From positions 64,860,819 to 64,924,818 of the forward strand of contig NC_057719.1 of NCBI RefSeq assembly GCF_004010195.1: a stretch of DNA of 64,000 nucleotides, read 5' to 3'. The first letter of the stretch is position 1, and the number at the start of each line of letters is the position of its first letter. Source of the stretch: Chiloscyllium plagiosum. Lineage: Eukaryota. Below, one piece after another: positions 14,396 to 26,737 of the stretch. The notes under the pieces are model-generated. The model made no database searches, was not told the DNA's origin, and saw only the letters and a program-made list of their open reading frames with translations. The translations under genes and the position numbers were made by a program.

Positions 14396-15247
14396 TCTGG
14401 TAGTCTCCCTCTTTATTGCTCTTTCTAAATTCTTCAGAATTATTTACCTCGTGAATACAAAATGGTGCCTTCACAGGAAGTCCACATAATAAACACTTTG
14501 TGATCAATTATAACCAGTTACCCGCAAAGAAAGTCTCACTTAACTTCATACATATCTGAGGTTAAAAAAATGTTGAGCACATTTATTGCTTGGTATTACT
14601 GCTTATGCACTAGATGAGTTTAGTCAAAATGAAAGGTCCAAGTGGAATAGATAATACCATTGCAGAAAGGAGATATGTTGACTCTTCAGACCCTAACATC
14701 TCCATTCCAAGGAAGAGAAAAAATTGATTAAACCTGACCAATCAGAACATTATTATGACTCCAGCATTTTGTTTTCATTTCAGCTCTCCATTATGTTCAG
14801 ATTTTTGCCTTTATTTGAGTGGATAATGTGTTTTTGAAGAATCCAACAGACATTTATTGCAACTTTCTATGATATAGAAGTAGTGTATTCATAGGCACAT
14901 GAATGAGTTAGCTGACATTAAGAGCAGTACGCTTCCTGTTGATTGCCATGCTTCCAGTGATCAAAGTTAAAATGGGACCTGAGATCTTTATATGTTCAAG
15001 TCATGTGCTTTGATGCAGTGTTGATATCATGACCACGTCTCTTAAAGGTGTACTGACATAATGTTCCAAAGACATAACACATCATGCCTGTTTTCTTTTC
15101 CAAGGAGCTTGTATAGTAGAATTGAAAACTTTGAAATGCATTAACATAAAGAAGCTAACAATTTAAAAATGGGAAAGAAAATAAAAATACATATAGGTGA
15201 AGAAAAGCAAAATAAAAATAACGTGTATATTTAGTTTAAAAAACACA

Positions 15248-16252
15248 GCTTTATGTGTGGGAAGTCATGTCTCACAAACTTGATTGAGTTTTTTGAGAAG
15301 TAACAAAGAGGATTGATGAGGGCAAAGCGGTAGATGTGATCTATATGGACTTCAGTAAGGCGTTCAACAAGGTTCCCCATGGGAGACTGATTAGCAAGGT
15401 TAGATCTCACGGAATACAGGGAGAACTAGCCATTTGGATACAGAACTGGCTCAAAGGTAGAAGACAGAGGTGGTGGTGGAGGGTTGTTTTTCAGACTGGA
15501 GGCCTGTGACCAGTGGAGTGCCACAAGGTTCTGTGCTGGACCCTCTACTTTTTGTCATTTACATAAATGATTTGGATGCGAGCATAAGAGGTACAGTTAG
15601 TAAGTTTGCAGATGACACCAAAATTGGAGGTGTAGTGTTCAGTGAAGAGGGTTACCTCAGATTACAACAGGATCTGGACCAGATGGGCCAATGGGCTGAG
15701 AAGTGGCAGATGGAGTTTAATTCAGATAAATGCGAGGTGCTGCATTTTTGGAAAGCAAATCTTAGCAGGACTTATACACTTAATGGTAAGGTCCTAGGAA
15801 GTGTTGCTGAACAGAGAGACCTTGGATTGCAGGTTCATAGCTCCTTGAAAGTAGTCATAGGTAGATAGGATAGCGAAGGTGGTGTTTGGTATGCATTCCT
15901 TTACTGGTCAGAGTATTGATTTCAGGAGTTGGGAGGTCATTTGTCAGTTGTACAGGACATTGGTTAGGCCACTTTTGGAATATTGCGTGTAATTCTGGTC
16001 TCCTTCCTATTGGTAGGATGCTGTGAAACTTGAAAGGATTCAGAAAAGATTTACAAGGATGTTGCCAGGGTTGGAGGATTTCAATTGCAACATTTAAGAG
16101 GCATTTGAATGGGTATATGAATAGGAAAGGGATATTGGCCAGTTGCTGGCAGGTGGGACTAGATTGGGTTGGGATATCTAGTCGGCATGGACGGGTTGGA
16201 CCAAAGGGTCTGGTTCCATGCTGTACATTTCTATGACTCTATTACTCTATAT
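15248..16252 (+). mobile_element. HER1/CR1 LINE, 5'-truncated, with an internal deletion near 16080
   Basis: ORF 15470..15868 (SGVPQGSVL, FADDTKIGG, WQMEFNSDKC); tail ctatgactctattactctat. The sequence jumps from ggttggaggatt to caattgcaacattt. Confidence 0.95.
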
Positions 16253-16428
16253 TATACATGAACATGTACAGAGCATTTTAAAAAATCGGAAGTGAGCATG
16301 CTCATTTGGAATTTATCAACTGATGGCTGGTATCAGCAGACACACTCTTTTCCAAAGATAAAAGGTGATCTAAAACAGATTATATACACATACATATAGA
16401 TATATGTTGCCAATCCAATAATTATGTA

Positions 16429-17292
16429 AGCGAAAGTGAGGAGTGCAGATGCAGGAGACCAGAGTTGAAAAGTTTGATGCTGGAAAAACGCAGCAGGCCA
16501 GGCAGCATCCGAGGAGCAGGAGAATCGATGTTTCGGGCATAAGCCCTTCTTCACGAATGGCATAAACTCTTCTTCAGGAATGAAGCAGGTGTGCCAAACC
16601 GGCTGAGATAAAGGGTAGGGGGAGGACATTTGGGGGAGGGGCGCTGGGAATACGATAGGTGGAAGGAGGTGAGCGTGAGCCTGATAGGCCGGAGAGGGGG
16701 TGGGGGCGCAGAAGTCGGGAAGAAGATTGCAGGTCAAGAGGGCAGTGCTGAATCCGGGGGTTGGGACTGAGATAAAGTTTGGGGAGGGGAAATGAGGAAG
16801 CTGGAGAAATCTACATTCGTCCCGTGTAGTTGGAGGGTTCATAGGCGGACCAGATATCCTAATCTAATCTAGTCCCATTTTCCAGCACTTCAGCCAAAAC
16901 CCTCTGAACCCTTCTTATTCATTCACCCATCCGAATGCCTTTTTAATGCTGTAATTTGACCAGCCTCCAGCATTTCCTCTGGCAGCTCATTCCATACGAA
17001 CGCCACGCATTGCAGGTAAATGTTGCCCCTTAGGTACCTTGTATATCTTTCCCTTCTCGCCCTGAACCTATGCCCTCTAGTTCTAGACATCCCTCCCCAC
17101 AACACGATGAAAAGACGTTGGCCTCCCCCATCGCCAGACCCTGGCCACATGACGCCTGGAGGAAGAGCACCTCATCTTCCGCCTAGGAACCCTCCAACCA
17201 CACGGGATAAATGTAGATTTCTCCAGCTTCCTCATTTCCCCTCCCCCCACCTTATCTCAGTCCCAATCCCCGGATTCAGCACCGCCCTCTTG
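16429..17292. mobile_element. Composite insertion: PLE 3' region (-), CR1 fragment (-) and inverted PLE segment (+), with a 16-bp TSD
   Basis: TSD atccaataattatgta at 16413-16428 and 17293-17308. Inverted repeat 16733-16848 vs ~17177-17292. HER1 sequence at ~16850-17090. Confidence 0.85.
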
Positions 17293-17479
17293 ATCCAATA
17301 ATTATGTACACAGGCAAAACAGAGTTTACAAGAAATCTGTTCAAACTTCAATGTAACACCTTTGGGTTTTGGTGTTTTGTCCTGATCTGGTCATTATATA
17401 CTGGTGTGGAGAGGTACCTGTTCTCTGTTGTATTTTTTTGGCAATCTGGTTGTCTTGCTGCCTGTGCTGTCATTCAGCA

Positions 17480-19400
17480 TTATTGCATAACAATCATTAT
17501 CGAAATGTTTCTCTTCCTTGCTTTAGTGCATGCTTGATGTGCCATATATTTGTCTGAGCCAGCTTCTGTTCCTTCGCAGTGTTAGCACCACGATCAGTAA
17601 TAACTTTGTAAGATCTGACGTGGTTGTATATTCTAGTAATGTTTGATGGTATCCAATATGTGTATTTATATTTCCAACTTGCAGTCTCTATCCATTGCAC
17701 AGATTTGGTAGTTCTCACTCATTGTGTATCACCTTCACATGCTCCGTCATCTCCTTCATTCTCCTATGTCTCCAAAGCAGAATGATCAATGTCTTAGAAT
17801 AGATAGACAATTGGTTGTTGGGCAAGGCTTTTTGCATTTGCATTCCAAGCATAAGTTGTGCTGGTGATGGTAATCTCTTCTCTACTGGTGTTGTGCAAGA
17901 ATGCTTGACCATGATCGTTGCTTTGACAATACGTATTATATGTTCTACAGGACTGTTTGAGTGTGGAGTGATGATGATATGGGTGACTCTCCATTTAATT
18001 TACACATCTTGAAACAATTTACTAATGATTTGAAGTTCATTATCAAATACCATCTGATTTGGAATCCCAAGAAAACTGAAAAATAAAACAATCATGTCAG
18101 CGATAGTTGCAACCATTGTGTGGCTAATTTGTCAGATAATGGGAAATTTAGAGACATAATCCATTGCTAGGATTGAATCTACTCCATGCACCTGAGAAGA
18201 TTTTTTTATACCTTTGGCCAAGGTGTCATTGGAATAGTATGTTGATGTAGATACTGCCTTTGTTGCTGGGTTTAATAGGTTTGGCGGTTTCACATGCATT
18301 CATGGATCATTGAATATCCTGCTGCATCCCTGGGTAGTACAAATCTGGGGTCTGGCTTGGCATTGGGAACTAGACATTGTGTACATGGATGCCCAATGTT
18401 CCTTGGTTTCACTTGCTTTACAGATCAAGAGAAACAGGACAGTGTTTAGGTGTGTATGACAAACTGTATCTGCTACAAATTTGCTTGGTTTGGTGCATGC
18501 TGCTAACTATAGCAATAGTTTTAGATTAGATTAGATTAGATTACAGTGTGGAAACAGGCCCTTCGGCCCAACAATTCCACACCGACCCGCCGAAGCGAAA
18601 CCCACCCCATACCCCTACATTTACCCCTTACCTAATACTACGGGCAATTTAGCATGGCCAATTCACCTGACCCTGCACATCTTTGGACTGTGGGAGGAAA
18701 CCGGAGCACCCGGAGGAAACCCACACACACACGGGGAGAACGTGCAAACTCCACACAGTCAGTCGCCTGAGGCGGGAATTGAACCCGGGTCTCTGGCGCT
18801 GTGAGGCAGCAGTGCTAACCACTGTGCCACCGTGCCGCCCACCTAGTGTTGACTGCACCTGAAAAATATAATTTTATTGACCTGCCATTGCGATTTGCAT
18901 CCATCCTTAGTTACAATGTCAATGGTATTGGCCCTTTTCCTTGCTCAAATGATCTTTTCTAGAGGCTTTAAATGGTGCCGAGATGATGATTAACTCAATC
19001 AGCCTCACTGACAGTATGTCTTTATCAAGTGGTTCCTCACCCTTTGCCATAGTATGCTGGGTAATAGACTCTTGGTGTTGCTGTTTGTGTGACATGAGTT
19101 GGAGTCTGTTAATCTTGAAGTTCTTACCTTGAGCTGGTCTCCAAGAATTTCACAGATGTTTTCCAGATCTTTCAGATCATTCACAGAAAGTCCAGATGTG
19201 TTAAATCCAATGACAAAATTTCCAGAGCTCTTTTCTTAGAATCATCCATTGCTTTACCTGTATGATTCATATATATTGTTTGTGATTGTAATTCATTAAA
19301 GATGTCAATACAAGCCACCCAATGCAAAATTCTGTTTGCTTTCCATTTCTCTTTACACATTCTTTTATAAGTAGAGTGCAATTCAGTGTTGTATTTTTTT
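17480..19400 (-). mobile_element. Decayed Gypsy/Ty3 LTR retrotransposon remnant (gag plus integrase; most of pol absent), interrupted by an HE1 SINE
   Basis: Minus-strand fragments: gag-like NTSGLSVNDLKD..DQLKV (~19120-19200); zinc-knuckle-like HCP..CKA..EHWA (~18380-18480); integrase-like SKFPII..GIP..VFDN (~18040-18150), TTPVEKRLPSPAQLMLG and RSYKVITDRG. Confidence 0.7.
18521..18840 (-). mobile_element. HE1-like tRNA-derived SINE, full length
   Basis: Minus strand starts GGGCGGCACGGTGGCACAGTGGTTAGC (A box), has GGTTCAATTCC (B box), a HER1-like 3' stem (ggccgaagggcctgtttccacactgt) and a (TCTAA)n tail. Confidence 0.92.
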
Positions 19401-19632
19401 GACTGGTTTTGCTTCTCTCTCCTTTTATTTTTCCCTAGTTTTGCTTCTGTTCCCCTTTATAATTTTCCCATTGCTGTCCCTTTACAAGCCTTTATCCTTT
19501 AAGCTGTTGCTTTAAGAACAACAGGTTTGATTTTTAAGAATCCATACTTACAGTTATACGTTTCTGCCTCTCGGTAGCATTTATATCAAATAAAGAGTGA
19601 TGAAATAATGTAGGTTTCTCTCTACCTTCAAG

Positions 19633-19857
19633 GAGAAAATGAGGACTGCAGATGCTGGAGATCCAAGTCAAAACCTTTGGCACCGGAAAAGCACAGCAGG
19701 TCAGGCAGCATCCGAGGAGTAGGGGAATTGATGTTTCAGGCATAAGCCCATCATCAGGATTCCACTTGAAGGGCTTATGCCTGAAACGTCGATTCTCCTG
19801 CTCCTCGGATGCTGCCTGACCTGCTGTGCTTTTGCAGTACCACACTTTTCGATTCTG
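19633..19857. mobile_element. Fold-back (palindromic) mini-element made of two PLE 3' termini, 12-bp TSD
   Basis: TSD tctaccttcaag at 19621-19632 and 19858-19869; the arms are reverse complements around ~19760. Confidence 0.88.
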
Positions 19858-22267
19858 TCTACCTTCAAGCCAGTTTGGAGAAAGGAAGTGCTGGAACTGA
19901 CTAATATCTGGATATGGGTAAACTGTCTTAATGTAGAAAACTACTTTAGTATTTTCAAGCTACATTTCCTTCTGTGAGACATTTTGTTTTTGGACCACTT
20001 GAGTTGCTTTTTTAAAAACATTGACTCACTTTTATTTAATGGAGAGAGGGGTAGATTGCTCACTGTGTAGCTTTTAGTTTTCCTTCATCAGCCTTTTTAT
20101 GTCAAAGTAAAGGGACTCTTAGAAATTTCTTGTATTTAGCTCTGTCTTTTTAGTGATCAATGCCCTATCACAAATCTGTATGGCTGTCTACACTCACAGA
20201 AATTGATACTGCTGATTGTCCAAATTTTTTGATGTCCAAAGCTGTTGTTCAGTGTTCTGGAGGTAGTTCCTCAAATACCTTTGTATTGTATCGACAACCA
20301 CCATTGCCAGTTACTACATGGGTTTTGCCTCCAGCAACAAATTTTACCTGATGCGGCAATTTTATTTCCTGTAGCATAATATTTTATCTCCTGTAACGTA
20401 AGAAACAAAGTGTCAATTACCTGCCATTGAAGAATCCAATAGACATTTATTATAATTTGCTAAGCTGTAAAAAGTATAAAAGTTATTCACAGGCACATTA
20501 GTGTCTGGCCTAACTTTAGGTTATTGGTTACAACAGAGCAGCATACTTCTAGTATGCTGTATGTAGGTAGCTGTTTGAGGACGCAACAGTATATAAATCA
20601 AATTAACTCCTCATAATGTACAATTTTGTGTCTACTACAGTTGTACTTAACTCAATTATTTCAGAATAATGAAGTTCTTCCCTAAAATAAAACAGCATAT
20701 ATTAAAGGGGAATCCTAGATTTACTATACTATCCAGCTTCAGAATCAACTTAAATAGCTTGCTTCTGTTTGCTGTGGAATCTAAAGTTATAAAGAAAAAC
20801 TATTGTAGCAAGGCAACACCACATTATAATTATAGGCGAACACTTCTTTCTCAATTTACTATTTAATTACATGTCTGGGTTTCTTGGTATCTTAATTATT
20901 GTGTGTGATAACTAAAGTGTGACACTGGTCAGTGCAAGAATACTTTTGTAATATTTTCAAGTAGTACCAAAATAACTCAGTCAATAGTCTAGTTTTGCCA
21001 GGTTTCTGGATTTCAATATCCCTTCAATAATCTTCATTTTGGCAGCAACTCTGCAGTCTGAGATCAGCGCTCTTAATTTCCACACTAATATGCCCACAGA
21101 AATCAGCCCAGCACAGTATGATCTTTCTGTGTCGTAACCAGGTAGCAAGTACCGCAGTGAGAAATAGGCATAAATCAGGATGATTGAGTTCAGGAGACGG
21201 TTCTTGAGCTACTAGTCTTGTTTTATTCTGATTGATTTAAACTAAAATGAATCCTCACAGCTGCTGTGCGAACAGAAGGATCATTCCAGCTGGATGGGAC
21301 ATTCTACATAATTGTGTTATGGGAAGCAGTTCAATCTACCTAGGTCTAATTTGCCATGACTGACTGAATTTCAAAATGGACCTGCTTGCACCAAATCAAA
21401 TTAAGTTTGCCTTTATTTTCATTGTAAATGGAGTTTCTTTCTAAAAGCCTGAACTTCACTTTATTGTGTTAATATCCTTATCTGAAAGAAGTGGTTGACT
21501 TCTTGAAATCAGTGTTGTTAAGATGGACATTAGACAAAAGGATGATGGATGTGTCTTTTGCCAAAGAATAATGCATGTTATTCTTAATACCATATACACT
21601 AGCCACTTAAATTTAGTTTATTACTTAAATAAACATTGTTTGCTAAATATTCTGATGCAATTGAGAGAAATGAGACATTTAGAGTTAAATGAAGTTAAAC
21701 TGCTTGGCACAGGTTCCAAGTAAGATGTTCACATGTAGTCTGTGAAACAAACTGCACCAGAAAACTACAATGACATGTTAATTGAGTCAGTTAAAAGGGA
21801 TGTTTAGGAAGTATGGTTATTAAAAGCTAAGGAGAATGTACCCATACCTAAAATAACACTGCAGTGCTGACTCAAAGGGCTACTCCTCCTATTCCAGTCT
21901 ATGACAGTCCAATTTTTCACTTTAAACTTAAATTCAGATTGCAGAAGGATGGCTTCTGATAATCTAACTTGATTTGCACTCCAAAGAAATTGTGTTCCTA
22001 ACAGCCCTGTTCACTGTAATTGATTGGCCTGGAATTTTGGCAGTGTGCACAGTGACATTGTTGAATCTCCTGATAGCCTCTGGAGAAAGAAACATGCACA
22101 AGTTTCGTCAGTCTTCTTGCTTCCTTGCCTTATTAGAAGATCATAAAAAAGATCCATGCAAATGAGCTACAAGGAGACTTCCGCACAATCTTTTAAAAGG
22201 CACTCTGGATTGCACTGTTCAGCAGAAGATTGCCTAATTAAGGTAAGAGAAACAAAGGGTCAGTTAG

Positions 22268-22343
22268 ACTCAAAGTGTCAGCTCTTTTCTCTCCTTACAG
22301 ATGCTGCCAGACTTGCTGAGATTTTTCAGCATTTTCTCTTTTG
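22268..22343 (+). mobile_element. Degenerate PLE-terminus fragment (subfamily 2)
   Basis: ctctccttacagatgctgccagacttgctgagatttttcagcatttt matches the copies at 38796, 49451 and 52589. Confidence 0.6.
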
Positions 22344-23309
22344 GTAAGAGAAAAACAATGTTTGGCTCCTGCACCCTAAGAACTTCATTGTATGTCTTAA
22401 CAATATTTTATTATGCATGTACTGATTTATGCAATGCTATTTCTATCCAGTGTATAGCTGGGCATGATCCCAAGCACCAAAGAGTGCACTATTATTCATG
22501 CCAACTGCTAACCATTCCTTGGAAGAGTACTGAAGTCAGGATAAATGGAGTTCTAGCTGTAGATATCAACAAGTCACTCAGATTTATTAGTTGGGCACTG
22601 TTGGTACTTGCTAATGGTTTTGAGTGTTGAATACCTCTTGCAAGGACTGAAGAACAAAAGTCCCAAATCCTCAGCAGTGCTGGCAAAATATCTTAATCTG
22701 CATCTCTCCCCGTTCTTTCTTTTTTGTCCTGAGCACGAACAGACTTTCCATCAAATAAACCAGCTTCTTAAATGGTTCGCAGTGCTTTTTAATTAAGCAG
22801 AAGTGGTGGAGGTGGTCTCCAATTTAACATCCCGAAACACAGCTACTCGGCTTTCTCCGCAGCAACATTGCATGCACAACACTAAAATAATTTTAATGCA
22901 TAAATATCACAACAACTCTCACTTCACCATCATCCCTGTTAGCTTGTCCACACTCCTCAACTAATTCTCATTAACTGTAACACACCAATGGACAATAACG
23001 TAACACCAAAGGACAATGCCCACGGCAAGTAGACTCTCAGAAAGAAGCTTTTAATTTAAAGGAAGCATTCTTTTTTTGTTGCAGGTGAGACAGAGAGAGA
23101 TCAGTGGTATCTTCTCATGCCATCTTACTTCTTTCCAGCAGATACACCAGAGCTAAAACAAGCAGAGGAAGAAGGCATTGATGGGGAAGATGATAACAAG
23201 TACCAAAACACCCCAGGAATAGTAGTTGCACAATGTTGTTGTCTTTCAGGACAGTGACAATGCCCAACCTGCAACTACCTGATTCACAGCATGACATCTG
23301 TGAAAATTA

Positions 23310-24103
23310 TGTCATGAAATCTGTGATTGCCAAAAATGTGTATGCCGAGACAGGCCCTAAATGAAAAAGGAAACCAAGAAAATTAACTGGAAAAGAAAAC
23401 CAACCCTCCCAATTCCTAAGAAAACAAAAACTGCAACTGAGAATTGGAGAGAAAATCTTCTGGGCAGAATGAAACTTACTGGGGCTATATAAAGGGATGC
23501 AGAGCCATCTATGCTCAACAGTAGTAGACAGTGTGTCCAGGAGTGCAGAACAGGAAAGGTGAAGGAGACAGAATCTGTGAATAGATTAATGCAGTCCTTT
23601 CTGATCCTTGAACATAGTAGATCCAGACCAAGTTAAGTTTCTGCAGATGTGGGAAATTTGTGAGGAAGCTATGCCCATGGAATGCATGTACTGCTATTAG
23701 TTGGGAAGCAGACTACAGTCTAGAATGACAGGGACTGAAATGCTTTTTGAGGAAGACAGAGTTTTGAAAGATTTTATTACTGAGATTTCCGATCTGTGTG
23801 CGCTGTGGATTGTCATGCTAACTCGTAAAATGTATCTTTTTTTGTGGCTGGCATTTAATGTGTGACTTGTAGTTTATAATCAATTGCAATTTGCCTGTTA
23901 ACTCATGTTTAACTTACACTGTTCTACTGTTTCAGTATAGGAAGCTAAGACAGTGTTTCCTGTTTCCTTTGTTTAACTCTTGTGCAGTGGAGATTTTTAT
24001 GTTGTCAACTGTAGAATTTTGTGGTTTCACTCTTTTTGAAATTAACTTGTACTTTGGATTTTTTTTAAAGAAAGATTTAATGATCTCTACCAAGATTGTA
24101 ACA
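23310..24103 (+). mobile_element. Possible solo LTR
   Basis: Begins tgtcatga and ends gattgtaaca (TG..CA, imperfect terminal inverted repeat); internal TATA-like ctatataaagg at ~23485; T-rich U5-like region; no clear TSD. Confidence 0.35.
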
Positions 24104-25225
24104 ATAGGCGAAGACGCTAAGCTCTCCAGGAGTAAGCCTCCATGCAGACCAACTCAGTTCCAAGGGCCTCCTTCAGACCTTCCATAATCCCAGTCCTCCA
24201 ATATTCCAGAGCTCAAGTATGAGAGTACATTTCTTATAAAGAAAAACTCACATAGGCACCAAGGGAAGCATGATGAGAAGAAAAAATAATTTGATTGTGT
24301 CATTTGAAAGTTATATTAAAATAAAGCACGAGCCAATCCACCTCTTACGTTCCTGCTGGTGATTAGAGTCAAACAGGAAAGGGTGCACCGAAGTGATGTC
24401 TTCCTGAATGAGATGTCTGTTGTCACATACACACAGTGAAAAATAGGACTCTTGTGTTTTCATGTGGCAAGAAGAGGAATGGTTTGAGGAAATATCCTTT
24501 ACTCAGGAAGGTTGGTCGCAAGAAGTAAGGTTGTGGTGTCAAAGCTAAACTTTATTCTGTAGCAGCAAATGTTTCAGTAACGAGGTATGTTGTGATGCTT
24601 CTTTCAAGTGCTGCCCATGTCTCCTTCACCATCCAGCAGTGCTGTCGCTGTTCTGTGCTGTTTGCAAATAGGAGTATGTTCAGACAGAATGCCATACCTA
24701 TGCTTTAAAGGAACAGAATTCCAAATCCTGTTGGTAAGCTACCCCTTGAGAACCCATCAGAAGAAAGTGAAAGTTTCTGTAAGCAGAATGCAAGGGAATA
24801 CACTTGCCAAAAATACTTCTTGCCTTCTGGAAACTGCACGAAAAGTCTGTTTTTTATCAAGACATTCTCAACTTAGCTGATCCTGGCAGCTGCTGTGTCT
24901 CTCATGACCAAGTGTGACTCAACCATGTGCAGTAGCAGGGTGAAACAAAGAAATGTGCAGAGACAGTGCCAGCGGCCGACTGTTGAGCATGTGTAAAGTA
25001 TGGCATTGGTGCTTTGGAAGATGTGTTGCAGAATTGCTTGAAAAACGCAAGGCAAGTTGTGAGAAATGTTTTAAAAGCTGCACAAAAAAACAGGAAAATC
25101 TTCCAGACCACTTTCCTCTCTGCAAGAAATTGCTAGTCTAATGCTGTTAATATGTCAAACATGACAATGGAATTCATCAGTCATTTTTCACTAATTAGGT
25201 TAATTTGGGATTTGTGGTATTTTCT

Positions 25226-25366
25226 TGAGTCATACAGATCTACAGCATAGAAAAAAAAAAGCCCTTCAGCCCACCATGACTGCACCAGTCAAAAGTACCC
25301 ATCAAACTATTCTAATCCCATCTTTCAGTACATGGCCCATAGCCTTATATGCCTTGGTATCACAAG
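25226..25366 (-). mobile_element. CR1-related 3'-end fragment
   Basis: gagtcatacagatctacagcatag...ctattctaatccca, same family as 61090-61500. Confidence 0.65.
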
Positions 25367-25762
25367 TGTTTTTTTTCTATAATATTTGGTGCCTACTCCT
25401 GGAAGCTTGTGATATTTTCCCCCTTTAGCCATTATGTGTGTAAGGGTTATTCAAGGGAGTTTGCTGCCACTAATCATCCTGTGCTTTGTTTTAGGCCTTT
25501 CTATTGATTAGGTGTATAGGATTCACCACTGTAGAGTATCTGCATAAGAAACAGTGTTTCCTAGATAATAAGATTATGCCATCAACAGGTACAACTACAT
25601 TTAGTCAGGGAAAATTATTGGGACCTTAAGGAACTAATACAGAAATGTCTGCTTTCTCCAAAAGCTAGAGTAGAACTCTTTATCCTCACATTCACACTGT
25701 GTTTGACATCAATAGAATTGGTTGACCAATGTAAGGTGAACATTAACCCCTCAGAAGCATTG

Positions 25763-25877
25763 AGGAGAAAGTGAGGTCTGTAGATGCTGGAGATCAGAGC
25801 TGGAAATGTGTTGCTGGAAAAGCGCAGCAGGTCAGGCAGCATCCAGGGAACAGAAGAATCGACGTTTCGGGCATAAG
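25763..25877 (-). mobile_element. Short PLE 3'-terminus insertion (subfamily 1), 15-bp TSD
   Basis: TSD ccctcagaagcattg at 25748-25762 and 25878-25892; truncated inside hammerhead stem II. Confidence 0.9.
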
Positions 25878-26737
25878 CCCTCAGAAGCATTGCCTTATAT
25901 AACAGGATGAACATGACTCATGAGGCCTTTTTGTATTTCTGGATTAATGACACATTTATGAGCCTCAATGTGATTAGACTCTAAATGCTGTTACAGATAA
26001 TTCACTTAAAAGTCCAAAAATCATGAGCCATGAGCATTTCATAAATAATTGGCAAATATTTCAAGGATCTATTCAGGTTGAGATATTAGATTTTTTAAAA
26101 TTCATTCACGGGATGTAGGTTTTGCTAGCTGGCCATCATTTATTGCCCATTCCAAATTGCCCTTGAGAAGGTGATGGTGAGCTGCTTCTTGAACTGCTAC
26201 AGTTCTTTTGATGCAGGTAGACTCATAATGCTCTGAGAGAGGAAATTCCAGGATTTTGACCCAGTCACAATGAAGGAATGATGGTGTATTTCTGAGTCAG
26301 GATGGAGAATGGCTTTGAGGGCAAATTGCAGATGGTTAGTGTTCCCAAGTTTCCTTTGTCCTTGTACTTCTAGGTGGTTGTGATTGGTTTGGAAGGTGCT
26401 GTCTAAGGAGCCTTCCTGAATTTCTGCAGTGTATCTTGTGGTGGAGTGTGTGAAGGTTTGTGAATGGGGTGTTAATCAAGCAAATTGTTTTCTTCTGAAT
26501 GGTGCCAAGCTTCTTGAGTGTTATTGGAACTGCATTCATCCAGGCAAATGGGGAGAATTCCATCTCACTCCTGAATTATGGACAAGCTTTAGGGAATAAG
26601 GACATGAGTTAATCAGTGTAAAATCCTCTAACCTGGTTTTGTAGACATAGTATATATATGGCTAGTCCAGTTTCCAGTTTATGGTAACACCGAGACTGTG
26701 AACCTTGGAATATTCAGCAATGGTAGTGCTATTGAAT

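Noticed and set aside
18770..18840. tRNA gene
   Set aside because: The A and B boxes belong to the tRNA-derived head of an HE1-like SINE and continue into SINE body and tail
24873..25141. Cluster of overlapping short ORFs with Cys-rich translations
   Set aside because: No recognisable domain or splice signals; it may be non-coding conserved sequence but this cannot be shown here
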